Counted from the stretch's first letter, positions 8,054 through 18,876 are shown. The stretch: 64,000 nt of DNA from an uncultured Candidatus Saccharimonas sp. (GCA_943354005.1 CALRBE010000006.1:11674-75673), one strand, 5' to 3'. The notes: generated by a model from the letters alone, not told the origin. Numbers and translations are program-made.

Positions 8054-10864
8054 TTATAGCATATTTTTAAGATATTTACCAGTGTAGGAGGTAGACACCT
8101 TTGATACTGCTTCTGGAGTACCAGTTGCAACCACATAACCACCACCTGATCCACCTTCTGGGCCCATATCTATAAGGTGATCGGCAGACTTAATAACGTC
8201 AAGGTTATGCTCAATTACTATCATACTGTTTCCGGCATCAACCAGAGCGTTAAGAACATGCAATAGCTTATCGACGTCCGCAACATGAAGCCCTGTAGTT
8301 GGCTCATCCAGAATATAGAGAGTTCTTCCAGTAGGTCTCCGTGAAAGCTCAGTCGCCAGCTTAATACGCTGTGCTTCACCTCCACTTAGCGTTGTTGCAG
8401 ATTGACCAAGAGCGATGTAGCCAAGGCCTACTTCAACAAGTGTCTGTAGTTTACGGGCGATACTTGGTAGATTACTAAAGAATTCTAAGGCCTGTTCACA
8501 GGTCATTTCAAGGATGTCACTAATTGTTTTGCCCTTGTAGTGAATCTCAAGTGCTTCTCGGTTATAGCGCTTGCCTTTACATACCTCACAAGGTACATAA
8601 ACATTCGGTAAAAAGTGCATTTCGATTTTAATAATTCCGTCTCCAGCACAATTCTCACATCGGCCACCACGAACGTTAAAACTAAATCGCCCTGGTCCAT
8701 AGCCACGAAGTTTTGCTTCGGGGACGCTAGCAAAGAGTTCCCTAATTGGAGTAAATAGCCCAGTGTATGTTGCAGGGTTAGATCGTGGTGTCCGACCAAT
8801 AGCTGACTGATCGATATTTATAACTTTGTCTAAGTGTTCAATACCTTGTATTTCATCATGTTTACCTGGAACACTATTCGCACGCATTAATCGGGCTGCA
8901 AGTTCTTTTGCAAGAATATCATTTATTAGACTGGACTTACCAGAACCAGAAACACCACTTACAACGACAAGCTGTCCTAATGGCAACGAAACATTAATAT
9001 TTTTAAGATTATTTTCTTGTGCACCTACGACTGTTAGCTCTTTGCCGTTACCACTACGTCGCTTCTTTGGAACTGCGATCTTTTTGGCACCACGTAAGTA
9101 CTGTCCAGTTATACTTTCCTGCACTTTTGCCACTTCTTCAGGGGTTCCTTCAGCTACTACATGACCACCGTGAATACCTGCACCTGGACCAATATCAAGA
9201 AGATGGTCGGCAGTTCGGATAGTATCTTCATCATGTTCAACAACAATTACGCTGTTTCCAAGATCTCGCAAGTGTTTTAGTGTTTTAATAAGGCGCTCAT
9301 TATCTCTTTGATGCAGTCCAATAGAAGGCTCATCGAGAACATACAAGACTCCTTGGAGACCAGATCCGATTTGAGTTGCCAATCGGATACGCTGAGCTTC
9401 ACCACCGCTTAATGTTGCTGCGCTGCGTAAAAGATTTAGATAGTTTAAGCCTACATCCTGTAGAAATTGCAGTCGTGCTTTAATTTCTTTAAAAATCAAA
9501 GCAGCAATTTGCTCTTCTCTTGCATTAAGCTTAATGTCATTGAAAAAACTAATAGCGTCATCAATTGACAGCTCACAAATATCCATAATAGAATGCTTAG
9601 CTATTGTTACGGCTAATACTTCAGGCTTTAGTCTCTTGCCGTTACATGCATGACATGGCTTTTCTTGCATGAAGCGTTCTATGTCGCGACGAATAAAATC
9701 ACTATCTGTTTCTTTGTGGCGTCGTTCAAGGTTATTGACGACTCCCTCATATGTAGAGTCGAACACTCGTCCTGAACCAAGGCTAACCTTATATTTCTGT
9801 TCACCAGTTCCGTACATCAATATTTTAATATGCGCATCGCTAAGCTCACCTGTCGGGACATGAAGACTAAAATCATATGCTTCTGCAACAGCTTGAATCT
9901 TTTTCATGTACCAAGCATCGACATTTATACGATTAAACGGCCGTATTGCGCCCTCAGCGATTGTTAATCTACCATTTGGTATAACTAGTTCTGGGTCTAC
10001 TTCTAGTCGTGAGCCAAGCCCAGTACAGACACTACAGGCACCATGTGGACTATTGAAGCTGAAGGTTCGTGGCTCAAGCTCAGGAATTGTAACTTCTGGA
10101 TGATCGATGCAAGCATACATTAGGCTATAGAGTTTCTCGTTTCCATTATCTGCATTTGAAATGATAACTTTGCCTTCACCGATTTCTAATGCCTGCTCGA
10201 TAGATTGACTTAGCCGTCCACGGCTCTCTTCATTGTTAACGAGTCGATCAACAACAACGTCGATTGAGTGTTTGAGCTTTTTATCAAGAGTTGGGAATTC
10301 ATCTAGAGCATAGACGACACCATCAATTCGGACACGAACAAAACCTAGTCGCTGGAACTGTTCTGGGATATGCTCAAAAGCACCTTTTTTATCTATAACT
10401 GCAGGAGCTAAAACTAAAAGACGAGCTTTTTGGTATTGAGCAATAACCTGGTCGACTATTGCCTGGGTTGTTTGGCGTGTAACTGGCTTACCACACTCCG
10501 GACAATGTGGCGTACCGATGCGTGCGTATAAAAGACGTAAATAATCATAAATTTCTGTAACAGTTGCGACAGTACTTCGTGGGTTTCGACTTGTAGATTT
10601 CTGATCGATACTTATAGCCGGGCTTAATCCATCTATCTGGTCGACGTCAGGCTTTTCCATGAGGCCTAAGAATTGACGAGCATAGCTACTAAGTGATTCA
10701 ACGTATCGGCGTTGACCTTCAGCGTAAATTGTATCGAATGCGAGACTAGATTTACCGGAACCACTTAGGCCTGTAATTACGACAAGCTTATTACGCGGAA
10801 TACGAACATCCACATTTTTTAGGTTGTGCTCACGTGCACCTTTTACGTCAATATACTCATTCAT
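8054..10864 (-). CDS. uvrA: excinuclease ABC subunit A
   Basis: 936 aa. It has two ABC modules ([24 protein letters not shown]; LSGGEAQRI twice), zinc modules ([29 protein letters not shown]). Confidence 0.97.
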   Translation of the reverse strand: MNEYIDVKGAREHNLKNVDVRIPRNKLVVITGLSGSGKSSLAFDTIYAEGQRRYVESLSSYARQFLGLMEKPDVDQIDGLSPAISIDQKSTSRNPRSTVATVTEIYDYLRLLYARIGTPHCPECGKPVTRQTTQAIVDQVIAQYQKARLLVLAPAVIDKKGAFEHIPEQFQRLGFVRVRIDGVVYALDEFPTLDKKLKHSIDVVVDRLVNNEESRGRLSQSIEQALEIGEGKVIISNADNGNEKLYSLMYACIDHPEVTIPELEPRTFSFNSPHGACSVCTGLGSRLEVDPELVIPNGRLTIAEGAIRPFNRINVDAWYMKKIQAVAEAYDFSLHVPTGELSDAHIKILMYGTGEQKYKVSLGSGRVFDSTYEGVVNNLERRHKETDSDFIRRDIERFMQEKPCHACNGKRLKPEVLAVTIAKHSIMDICELSIDDAISFFNDIKLNAREEQIAALIFKEIKARLQFLQDVGLNYLNLLRSAATLSGGEAQRIRLATQIGSGLQGVLYVLDEPSIGLHQRDNERLIKTLKHLRDLGNSVIVVEHDEDTIRTADHLLDIGPGAGIHGGHVVAEGTPEEVAKVQESITGQYLRGAKKIAVPKKRRSGNGKELTVVGAQENNLKNINVSLPLGQLVVVSGVSGSGKSSLINDILAKELAARLMRANSVPGKHDEIQGIEHLDKVINIDQSAIGRTPRSNPATYTGLFTPIRELFASVPEAKLRGYGPGRFSFNVRGGRCENCAGDGIIKIEMHFLPNVYVPCEVCKGKRYNREALEIHYKGKTISDILEMTCEQALEFFSNLPSIARKLQTLVEVGLGYIALGQSATTLSGGEAQRIKLATELSRRPTGRTLYILDEPTTGLHVADVDKLLHVLNALVDAGNSMIVIEHNLDVIKSADHLIDMGPEGGSGGGYVVATGTPEAVSKVSTSYTGKYLKNML

Positions 10865-10875
10865 AAAGTCAATGT

Positions 10876-10883
10876 ATTATACA
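10876..10883 (-). promoter_or_regulatory. extended -10 (TGTATAAT) 11 nt upstream of uvrA ATG; very short leader, no SD
   Basis: The minus-sense sequence reads TGTATAAT-acattgacttt-ATG(10864). Confidence 0.4.
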
Positions 10884-10901
10884 CTGAAATTACATTATTT
10901 T

Positions 10902-11534
10902 CTAGTCTATATTGACTGTCTGGACTTCTAGACTACCCAACGTGAGTTCACCGACCTGATGGATAACTAGTGCTGTATCAATGGCAGCTACGATTTCTTC
11001 TCTCTGTTCTCTGTCATATATTGGCTCAGCGAAAGTTGCAAGGTGCAGTAATGGCGCTCCAGCTCGCTTTATTTTTTTACCTCTAAAGCCTGAGAGTCCT
11101 TCTTCGCCTAAGATACCATAGATTGCTTGTCGTTCTTTGACGACTTCTGTACTTTGAACATAGGCACATAATAATCGATTACTACTTTTGTTCTTGCCAA
11201 TAATTGATATTTTGCCAATCTGGCTCAATATCTCATCTTCATAATCTTGACTTTTAATTTTCTCCTTGGCACGGGAGAAACTGTAGCCAGATAAAAAGCC
11301 TTGACTGAAGTCTTTACGAACAATATGCGGGTCAAGGATATAGGCAAGGTGTGAGTGCGGAATTGTTTCAGTCCTAGGTATTGTATTATCTTCTTCTAGA
11401 TTACGCACAACACCAGCAATCGTTAATGAGCTTTCTTGATCAACTGGTCGGAAAGCTTTGAGCATCCGAAGTCCGTTTTTTTCTTTATTTGCTTGTGGGT
11501 TATAGCGACCTGGCATACGAGTTCTTCGGGGCAT
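10902..11534 (-). CDS. hypothetical protein (210 aa), possible degenerate 2H-phosphoesterase-like duplication
   Basis: There is an AGGAAA SD 7 nt upstream. Two similar motifs, PHSHLAYIL and LLHLATFA, lie about 100 aa apart and resemble HxT/Sx pairs with Ala in place of Thr/Ser. The family assignment is unverified. Confidence 0.55.
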   Translation of the reverse strand: MPRRTRMPGRYNPQANKEKNGLRMLKAFRPVDQESSLTIAGVVRNLEEDNTIPRTETIPHSHLAYILDPHIVRKDFSQGFLSGYSFSRAKEKIKSQDYEDEILSQIGKISIIGKNKSSNRLLCAYVQSTEVVKERQAIYGILGEEGLSGFRGKKIKRAGAPLLHLATFAEPIYDREQREEIVAAIDTALVIHQVGELTLGSLEVQTVNID

Positions 11535-11698
11535 AATAATTTCCTGTTTGTTGTTTATGTACCCACATTAGATTTTTTATTCTACTCTCTGCTTCAATAA
11601 AGTGCAATAAAGAGCCATCAACTAGCATTAGCGTAATGCAATATAATTGACTTATCATCAATAATATTTATAATTACAATTAATATATAAACGGGTGC

Positions 11699-11881
11699 GT
11701 GCAGATGTTAAATTTCATAGTCTCAGGTGTTGTTCCAGGTACTTCAATAGAGGTTACATTAAACTGGTTTCTAATTTTTTTGAGCATATTAATTGTCGCG
11801 GTTTACATAATACGAGGATTAAGACACCGTCAAGTAAAGCGAACTAGCGAACAAACAGAATCTATCAGTCAATTGGCATAA
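11699..11881 (+). CDS. small single-pass membrane protein (60 aa), hypothetical
   Basis: It starts at GTG 11699 or ATG 11705. One TM helix (WFLIFLSILIVAVYII) is followed by a basic stretch. A TTGACT-16-TATAAT promoter-like sequence lies upstream. It overlaps the sbcB 3-prime end by 17 nt. Confidence 0.3.
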   Translation: MQMLNFIVSGVVPGTSIEVTLNWFLIFLSILIVAVYIIRGLRHRQVKRTSEQTESISQLA

Positions 11882-13310
11882 GACTTTGGCCGTAGAGTTG
11901 CAAGTCTTCAAGTAAGTGCTGCTGAGCTACAGTAAGGCCTGGTCGCGATGATATTTCTTGAAGTTTCATAAAGTATTTGGCTAATTGGCTATTATCTCCG
12001 CCTTCAAATAATTTTTTATTCTTATGCGCTTCCCATTGAGATCGTTCTTCGTCAGTCAATGTAAGTGGAAAATTTCGGGCCTTATACAGAGGGAGTAGCT
12101 GCTGTAATCTTTTATCTCGTAATTTGTCTAAGTAACTATCTAATTCCTTGGGTTGTGCGTTACGTACTTTAGTCATTGTAGTCTGGTCGTCATTACCTAT
12201 AAAACCTGAATACAACTGGCCATCGGCATCTGTGCTCTTAGATTTGAAGTGTTGCAACTGCTGCTGCGTTCTCTTGCCATGAGCTGTGAGTACTCGGTTT
12301 ATAAACTCGGTGGCTGAAGCTAATTTTTTCTTATTTTTTAATACTAGTTCTATGTCCAGATGGATTCTTTCCTGTGAGTCTTGATCAAGAGTAGCAAGAG
12401 GGGCGACTGCCGGGCATTGATTAAGTGCAATTTCAAATATCGGTAGCCTAATGTCATCCTCAGTTCTATCTTCAATCGCCTTCCATTGCCACGCCTCTAG
12501 AATCTGCTCCTCAGTCATATCAAAAAATGTTTCCGGATCAACGCGAAGGTCATATGCCAATACTGCACTTTTTTGTTGAACTTCTGCAATCGTCCTAACG
12601 ACAGTTGTCTTTTCATTGTCAGATGAAACTCTTCCGGCTGTATATACATAAGGGTCATTAGAATGTAATAACTTACTAACTACTTTCTTGTCACGAATAG
12701 AAAGCAGGTAGTCGAATAGTTTTGGCTGCTTTTCACGAAGTAATCTTGCAAGCGAAATAGTTGCTTCAACATCGCTTAGTGCATCATGGGCCTTTGCGTG
12801 GTCAAGCCCATTCTCGATAGTCAAGAGTTCAAGACGATTTGTTGCTTTTCCAGTTTTATCAACTGGCCAATTGATTCCTTTTGGTCGCAGCGCACGAGTC
12901 ATTCGAACTACATCAAGAAGATCCCATTTAGATCTATCATCTTTCCATTGCCAAGAGTAGGCGTCATAAAAGTTTCTATACCTCATGAAGCGCATGAAGA
13001 CGTCATCGAATCTAATACTATTAAAGCCGACCATTATGGTTCCTGGAACTGCAATTTCATCTTCAAAGATTTTCATGAATTCTACTTCAGTTATACCTTC
13101 TTCGAGAGTTTGCTGGGGCGTAATACCCGTAATTAGAATAGCTTCTGGGTCCGGAAGAATGTCCTCATTTAAGGCAATAATAATGTTGTGGGGCTCACCA
13201 ATAGCATTAAGGTCAAGATCGACTCTTTGGCCTGCGAATTGCATAACCCGAGCCTGCTTAGGGTCAATACCGCTTGTTTCAAGGTCATAAAAGTATAAGG
13301 AATTAGCCAT
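11865..13310 (-). CDS. sbcB: exodeoxyribonuclease I
   Basis: It has the DnaQ-like exo motifs FYDLETSG, GFNSIRFDD and AHDALSDV, followed by a SH3-like/helical ExoI C-terminal region. Confidence 0.9.
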   Translation of the reverse strand: MANSLYFYDLETSGIDPKQARVMQFAGQRVDLDLNAIGEPHNIIIALNEDILPDPEAILITGITPQQTLEEGITEVEFMKIFEDEIAVPGTIMVGFNSIRFDDVFMRFMRYRNFYDAYSWQWKDDRSKWDLLDVVRMTRALRPKGINWPVDKTGKATNRLELLTIENGLDHAKAHDALSDVEATISLARLLREKQPKLFDYLLSIRDKKVVSKLLHSNDPYVYTAGRVSSDNEKTTVVRTIAEVQQKSAVLAYDLRVDPETFFDMTEEQILEAWQWKAIEDRTEDDIRLPIFEIALNQCPAVAPLATLDQDSQERIHLDIELVLKNKKKLASATEFINRVLTAHGKRTQQQLQHFKSKSTDADGQLYSGFIGNDDQTTMTKVRNAQPKELDSYLDKLRDKRLQQLLPLYKARNFPLTLTDEERSQWEAHKNKKLFEGGDNSQLAKYFMKLQEISSRPGLTVAQQHLLEDLQLYGQSLMPID

Positions 13311-14760
13311 TATGTTTTTCTATGTAGCTAGTGATGTTAAACTTGCGTTTTAACCCGTTGTAATTCATATAGCGTATTGAGCCGAATATCGGTCGTCCGA
13401 ACCAAGCTCTATCATGCAAGCCAGCAATACTCCATAAAATTCCTACATAGCCATTAGGGTCACCACCGTCGATGCTATAGAAATCATTTAATGCAATGGC
13501 AACTTTGATAGCCCATTCTGCGCCACAAGACTTTGAAAGTTCATCATGAATAGGATTAAAGCAACTATCCTTACTGGCAGTCTTATCGTTGACTGGTTTA
13601 GCTGGTGACCATTCTAATATTTTCTTGGCCCAGTACATTCTCATATAGCCATGCATCTTTCCATGCTGTGTCAATTGATGCTGTGCTGCATTCCAGGCTT
13701 GATCTTCTGTAGTACCATCCTCTAGTTGCCGAAGCGTATAGTTATGCTCTCTTTTGTCGTCAGCATGAGATGCAAGAGTTTTTCTAGCCCAATCAGCTGC
13801 ACCATCTAATGAATCGTAATGGTTATTGAAGTAACAATAATTATCACTCAAAGCACTCCGTACATTAAGTTCTTCAATGAAAGCATCGGCATCCTTACGG
13901 AGAGTATGATCATGCTGTGCTGCATGCTCAACGTCAATAAATGCGCGTAAACGTGATAGTTGTCCGAAGTGTAGATATGGACTAAGCTCACTTAGGTGTT
14001 CTAAGGATGGATCATTGCGCTCCGCTTCATATCCCTGGAGGCCATGTGTTATAAATCTTTTAAGAGCTTTTTGGCCCGCTTTTTCACCAGAAGCAAAAAC
14101 TAAATCCTGAGAATTACTTGGAATACTGGCGAGTAACTTATCGATTAATTCTTCCATCTCAGCAATTTTTTTAACTTTTCCAGGCCATTTTAATTCTTGT
14201 TTTACGAGATGCTGTGGTTCATCAATATACTTATTAAGAAGTTTCTGGATTTTAGGACGAATCGTTCGTGCAGCAAATTCTTGCTTGTCACTAACTTCCC
14301 AGGTCGGAACAATGTTATGAGTATCAACAACATATACAGGGCAGTCAACGTTATCTGCGATATTCTTCTGCATCATTACTGGACCTTTAAGGGGGTTAAA
14401 ATCAAAAAATATTGCAGCAGGCTTAAGATGATGCGCAATACCAAGTAAGGTTTCGGATGGCTTTCCTACAAGAAGCATGAAAGGTATATTCATAAGGTCA
14501 AGTTCTTGCTCAAGTTCTTTAAGACCTTCAAGCATCCACTGGTAATGTTCACGAGCACGATTAGATGAGCCATGGTGTAGGCAAAAAATAACTGCAAAGG
14601 GCACGTTCAGTTCCCGTGCTGTCTTGTAAGCCTCAAGCAATGCGTAATTATCATGAGCCCTTTGATCCCTGCTCATAACATATACGACGCACGTTTTACT
14701 CGATTGAGGCAACACAAGTGTATTTAATGGAAATATACGTCCTAAGTCATTCATACACAT
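13303..14760 (-). CDS. phr: deoxyribodipyrimidine photolyase, class II type
   Basis: 485 aa. The N-terminal region CVVYVMSRDQRAHDNYALLEA and C-terminal region MHGYMRMYWAKKILEW..WSIAGLHDRAW are class II CPD photolyase hallmarks. The start may be the third codon (ATG 14754). Confidence 0.9.
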   Translation of the reverse strand: MCMNDLGRIFPLNTLVLPQSSKTCVVYVMSRDQRAHDNYALLEAYKTARELNVPFAVIFCLHHGSSNRAREHYQWMLEGLKELEQELDLMNIPFMLLVGKPSETLLGIAHHLKPAAIFFDFNPLKGPVMMQKNIADNVDCPVYVVDTHNIVPTWEVSDKQEFAARTIRPKIQKLLNKYIDEPQHLVKQELKWPGKVKKIAEMEELIDKLLASIPSNSQDLVFASGEKAGQKALKRFITHGLQGYEAERNDPSLEHLSELSPYLHFGQLSRLRAFIDVEHAAQHDHTLRKDADAFIEELNVRSALSDNYCYFNNHYDSLDGAADWARKTLASHADDKREHNYTLRQLEDGTTEDQAWNAAQHQLTQHGKMHGYMRMYWAKKILEWSPAKPVNDKTASKDSCFNPIHDELSKSCGAEWAIKVAIALNDFYSIDGGDPNGYVGILWSIAGLHDRAWFGRPIFGSIRYMNYNGLKRKFNITSYIEKHNG

Positions 14761-14795
14761 CTAGTGTATCAGACTTAATGTATCACTTTATATAA

Positions 14796-16073
14796 CTAAT
14801 ACTGGATAGAGCCGATGGTAGGCTTACCAATTGAGATTTTTTGCTCAGGAGCAACATCCATACGTCGTAACTGGTGCATGATTCCCATTTTACCCATAAT
14901 ATCGCGTAGACGCTCAACGCCATGATTGCTGTCAAAATCTGTCCGTTCTGCAAATCGCTCTATCTTACGTCCCGTAACTACAAAGTGATTCTCATCTTTC
15001 TCTATAGTCCAACTATTCATGTTCTCAGGAAGACGTAGTGTTGGGATTACTTCCTGATCATCGATTTCTTTTTGAGCAGCTTGCTGTACGTCTACAATCT
15101 TCTTGATCTCAAAGAACATTGGTTTTACGTTCAGGCCACTACTTGCAGATATCGCGAAAAGTTGCGTTCCTTTTGGTATGACTCGCTTCAGTTCTTTCAT
15201 TTTTGCTTGAATTAGCTCGTCGTCAAAGCCATCTATTTTATTAAGGACGACAACTTGAGGTCGCTCGGTGAGGTCTACCTCATAGCCTTTTAGCTCTGTC
15301 TGAATTGTTTTATAAACTGCAGCTACATCTTCATTATAAATATCAATTAGATGCACAAGTACTTTAGTGCGTTCAACGTGACGCAAGAAATCAATGCCGA
15401 GTCCTTTACCATCGCTTGCTCCTTCAATTAATCCGGGAACATCGGCAATCAGAAGACTAGAAGAGTTGTCTAGATCAATAACTCCGAGATTCGGGATTAA
15501 TGTCGTGAAAGCATAGTCAGCAATTTCAGGACGTGCATTACTGACGCGTCCAAGTAATGTTGACTTACCAGCATTAGGCATTCCAATTAGGCCAACATCT
15601 GCAATGACCTTAAGTTCTAGATAGAGTTCAAGTTGTTCGCCCTTTTCGCCCTTTTCAGCAACCCTTGGAGTTTGCCTGCGTGATGATACAAAGTGAGCAT
15701 TTCCAAATCCGCCCTTACCGCCATAGGCGATAATTTGTTTCTGTTGATCCTCATTGAAGTCAGCTAATACAACTCCTTCAGCATTCTTTACGATTGTGCC
15801 AACAGGAATATGAATAACGAGGTCCTTACCACTTCGGCCATGCTTTTTCTGCTTATCGCCAGGTTTGCCTTCTTCTGCCAAAAGTTCTTTGTGATATCGA
15901 AAAGAAGCCAAAGTGTTCTGATTACGGCTAGCAAACATAATAACGTTGCCGCCGTCGCCACCGTCGCCACCATCTGGACCGCCCCGGTCTACAAACTTTT
16001 CATGACGAAAGTTAACTCGACCGTTACCGCCGTCGCCTGCAATCACTTTTACTGAAGCTTTATCTATAAACAT
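14796..16073 (-). CDS. obg: GTPase Obg/CgtA
   Basis: It has an Obg fold with Gly-rich repeats (GGDGGNG, GGPDGGDGGDGG), G motifs GMPNAGKST, DVPGLIEGA and NKID, and a C-terminal OCT domain. Confidence 0.95.
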   Translation of the reverse strand: MFIDKASVKVIAGDGGNGRVNFRHEKFVDRGGPDGGDGGDGGNVIMFASRNQNTLASFRYHKELLAEEGKPGDKQKKHGRSGKDLVIHIPVGTIVKNAEGVVLADFNEDQQKQIIAYGGKGGFGNAHFVSSRRQTPRVAEKGEKGEQLELYLELKVIADVGLIGMPNAGKSTLLGRVSNARPEIADYAFTTLIPNLGVIDLDNSSSLLIADVPGLIEGASDGKGLGIDFLRHVERTKVLVHLIDIYNEDVAAVYKTIQTELKGYEVDLTERPQVVVLNKIDGFDDELIQAKMKELKRVIPKGTQLFAISASSGLNVKPMFFEIKKIVDVQQAAQKEIDDQEVIPTLRLPENMNSWTIEKDENHFVVTGRKIERFAERTDFDSNHGVERLRDIMGKMGIMHQLRRMDVAPEQKISIGKPTIGSIQY

Positions 16074-16081
16074 ATCAATAT

Positions 16082-16110
16082 AGTATACAATTTTTAACTA
16101 ATTTTTGCAA
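16082..16110 (-). promoter_or_regulatory. sigma70-type promoter, leaderless geometry for obg
   Basis: The minus-sense layout is TTGCAA (16110-16105), a 17-nt spacer, TATACT (16087-16082), 8 nt, then ATG(16073). Confidence 0.55.
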
Positions 16111-16116
16111 TTGTAC

Positions 16117-17211
16117 TTAATAGATGTACGAGTAGCTTGCAGCTGATGCTGCTGAGAGAGTTTTAGTACTTCTCACTGCAAATCCGGCGACGTTCATTTC
16201 AGACACGTTTACACTACCATCAGCGTTAACTGATTCAACGAATCCAACGTGACCGTAGTAGTCACGAGGTGGAGTCCAGATAACTGCTCCAGCTCGAGGA
16301 ACATTTCCAGTAGGAATACCTACTCCTCGTGATATGCCAAGCCATGTTCGTGCATTACCAAGGTTTGCTGGTACGGAGTTACCTGATTGAGCTCGTCTAT
16401 TAGCAACATACCAAGTACAGTATCCATAATCGTAACCGTTGTAGCCGTAAATAGCGGATGATCCCCATGCAAAACTACTGCCAGATGAATATGATGTACG
16501 AGGAGAAGCGGCCGCAATAGACGCATCTCGGAGTAGAATGTTAGATCCGACGATTAAGTTACCACTTTCAGCATCGTTATCGGCTATAATCTGGTCCTTA
16601 TTGGCACGAAACTTAGCAGCAACTGAATCAATAGTGTCTCCACTCTTTACAGTGTAGACAATTCCGTTAACTGGAGAGATAAGTAAAACCTTACCTGCTA
16701 CAACAGTGTCGCCAGAAAGACCATTAGACCAACGAATAGTGTCTGATGTAATGCCAAATTTAGCAGCCAAAGACGGGATAGTGTCACCCTCAACAGTAGT
16801 ATAACTAATAATGTCCTTGTAAGATTTTAGGCTCGTTGAAACAACCTGCGGCTTTGAAACTACTGTATCGTCAGCAGCAGACACTGCAAGTTGAGCGTTA
16901 ATAGTATCGGCGTTGTTGGTAACAGCAGCTGTCTCTGGCAGATCAGTTAGCCTGGCAACATGTACCGCAATATCAGCACTAGATACCTGATCAAGGGCAC
17001 GGGCTGATTCAGTTTCGTTGCTAGTATCGACGACATTGGAACTAACCGTTCCGCTTGTATCTGGAGAGCGAAGAACAAAACCGAGCACTGCAATTAGCAA
17101 TACAATATTAGCCGCTAATACTCCATAGCGAATAAGACGTTTTTGATTTTTTTTGGAGACTTTTTTTTGTTTTGCTATACCAGTGATATTAGAACTAATG
17201 CTCTGATTCAT
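16117..17211 (-). CDS. secreted peptidoglycan hydrolase: signal anchor, two LysM repeats, C-terminal CHAP domain
   Basis: It has a TM/signal anchor (VLAANIVLLIAVLGFVL), LysM repeats (YTTVEGDTIPSLAAKFGITSDTI; YTVKSGDTIDSVAAKF) and CHAP motifs (CTWYVANRR .. GHVGFVESV). Confidence 0.85.
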   Translation of the reverse strand: MNQSISSNITGIAKQKKVSKKNQKRLIRYGVLAANIVLLIAVLGFVLRSPDTSGTVSSNVVDTSNETESARALDQVSSADIAVHVARLTDLPETAAVTNNADTINAQLAVSAADDTVVSKPQVVSTSLKSYKDIISYTTVEGDTIPSLAAKFGITSDTIRWSNGLSGDTVVAGKVLLISPVNGIVYTVKSGDTIDSVAAKFRANKDQIIADNDAESGNLIVGSNILLRDASIAAASPRTSYSSGSSFAWGSSAIYGYNGYDYGYCTWYVANRRAQSGNSVPANLGNARTWLGISRGVGIPTGNVPRAGAVIWTPPRDYYGHVGFVESVNADGSVNVSEMNVAGFAVRSTKTLSAASAASYSYIY

Positions 17212-17420
17212 GGATCGATTTATGATACGAATAGTATTCTCCCGGTGATATTCACCAGATCAAGGGGGATATTATATATTATTTCAAGATAGTTCGACCA
17301 ATCTTGTATTTTCTAACGTTCTATCCCTTGATACAACAGAGGTGCTGCCACTTTTTCGCACGCTTGTTGACCCCTGTATTGTAGCATATTTTGTCAATAA
17401 AACCAATACTTCAGCGTTAG

Positions 17421-18479
17421 TTAGTTGCAAAGTTTCTTGCAATATTTTCGGGTTGCAGCTTCATGTTCTTCAAGTGTTCTAGAGAAATATGTCTTACCAT
17501 CTTCTCCCGCGACAAAGAAAAGCCAGTCTGTATTTGCAGGGTTTGCTGCCGCTTTTAAAGACTCTTGTGTGACATTGCTAATTGGGCCAGGTGGAAGCCC
17601 TTTTACGAGATATGTATTGTATGCGGAATCATATCTTAAGGAAGGTTCTTGGCCTGCAATGATTGCACCATAGAATGCTGTCGGATCTGATTCTAAACCC
17701 ATATCCATAGAAAGTCGCTTGTAAAATACTTGTGATACAAGAGCCTTGTCACTTATAACAGATACCTCTTGCTCAATAATAGACGCAAGGGTTATACCTT
17801 GATATACATTAAGGCCTTTTTTTGCAAACTGAGCACGTAGTTCTGGCGTGAGACGTTTTTGCATCTCATCCAGTGAACTAGTAATAATTTGAGTTGGTTT
17901 CGTAATGCCATCTTTTTGGAATGATTCAGGATATAGGTATCCTTCAAGATTTGCGCCACGCGGCTTGTCGACTAGTGCAGGGTGTCCCTCATATTGTGCT
18001 GGCTCAAATGCAGCTTCAGTTTCCTTAACGCCAAACCCAGAATTTATGAATGTCTGCTTTATCTGATCGAGTCTTTGACCAGGTTTAATTGTAACTAGCT
18101 CATTATCTACTCGGCCTTCTGTTAAAATATTAACAATATCTGACACACTTTGACTTGGCTTTAGGGCATAGGTACCAGCTAAAATCTTATCCTGCAAACC
18201 TTTGCTTCTAACATATTGTTTAAAGACCCATTCATTACGAATTAGTTTATTTTTCTTTAATATCACAGAGACATCAGCCAGTGAAGAACCAGTTGGAATC
18301 GTAATGGTGACCGTTGTCTGATTAGTACTGACTGGCTCTAGATTGTTATTACGATATCTAACAGCAACGTAACCCAGGCCAGAAAACAAAATAGCAAGTA
18401 CAATGCCAATAATTATTAATGGCCTGAAAGGTAATGATCTTTTAGCCTTAGGCATGCTGAACCCTAAAGTTTTCTTCAA
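17421..18479 (-). CDS. mltG: endolytic murein transglycosylase MltG (YceG-like)
   Basis: It has an N-terminal TM and the YceG motifs LASIIEQE, YNTYLVKGLPPGPISN and FFVAGEDGKTYFSRTLEEH. Confidence 0.9.
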   Translation of the reverse strand: MKKTLGFSMPKAKRSLPFRPLIIIGIVLAILFSGLGYVAVRYRNNNLEPVSTNQTTVTITIPTGSSLADVSVILKKNKLIRNEWVFKQYVRSKGLQDKILAGTYALKPSQSVSDIVNILTEGRVDNELVTIKPGQRLDQIKQTFINSGFGVKETEAAFEPAQYEGHPALVDKPRGANLEGYLYPESFQKDGITKPTQIITSSLDEMQKRLTPELRAQFAKKGLNVYQGITLASIIEQEVSVISDKALVSQVFYKRLSMDMGLESDPTAFYGAIIAGQEPSLRYDSAYNTYLVKGLPPGPISNVTQESLKAAANPANTDWLFFVAGEDGKTYFSRTLEEHEAATRKYCKKLCN

Positions 18480-18876
18480 TATAGTCTTGCAGTATATAAG
18501 TTGCAGCTAGCGAATCTATGTCGCCCTTTTCGTAAGGACTTTTGCGGCCTTTTAGTTCTTCTTCGGCCTTAACTGAAGTCAATGCTTCGTCTTGCATAAA
18601 CACTGGGACATCAATATTTGATTTTAGTTTCTCGACAAAACCATCAACGTAGCGCGTCTGTTCCGTATCGTTACCTTGCATGTTACGAGGATTACCAACT
18701 ACAAGCGTTGTAACATTATGGTCACTTATCAATGAGGCTATTGTTTCGATTACCTTAGCGTCGTTATCAATAGTCATTAAAGGCTGCGCAATTGAAACAC
18801 CAGGAGGATTCATGGCAATTCCAATACGTACCTCTCCTACATCTAAAGCTGCAATAACACCAACAGACTCGGTCAT
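18448..18876 (-). CDS. ruvX: Holliday junction resolvase-like RuvX/YqgF
   Basis: It has ALDVGEVRIGIA near the N-terminus and DEALTS plus DSLAATYILQ at the C-terminus. Its ATG overlaps the upstream stop (TAATG). Confidence 0.9.
   Translation of the reverse strand: MTESVGVIAALDVGEVRIGIAMNPPGVSIAQPLMTIDNDAKVIETIASLISDHNVTTLVVGNPRNMQGNDTEQTRYVDGFVEKLKSNIDVPVFMQDEALTSVKAEEELKGRKSPYEKGDIDSLAATYILQDYIEENFRVQHA

Noticed and set aside
8044-8154. N-terminal extension of ORF 7621..8154 overlapping the uvrA 3-prime end by 100 nt.
   Set aside because: An internal ATG at 8043 sits 10 nt after the uvrA stop, which gives normal operon spacing. The extension looks like translated uvrA antisense or out-of-frame sequence.
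17212-17420. Calling the LysM/CHAP leader a c-di-AMP (ydaO) riboswitch.
   Set aside because: Only loose resemblances are present (GGGGUCAAC..AAGCG, GGUGAAUAUC), and they occur in the wrong order relative to the consensus I remember. I kept it as an unnamed structured-leader finding only.
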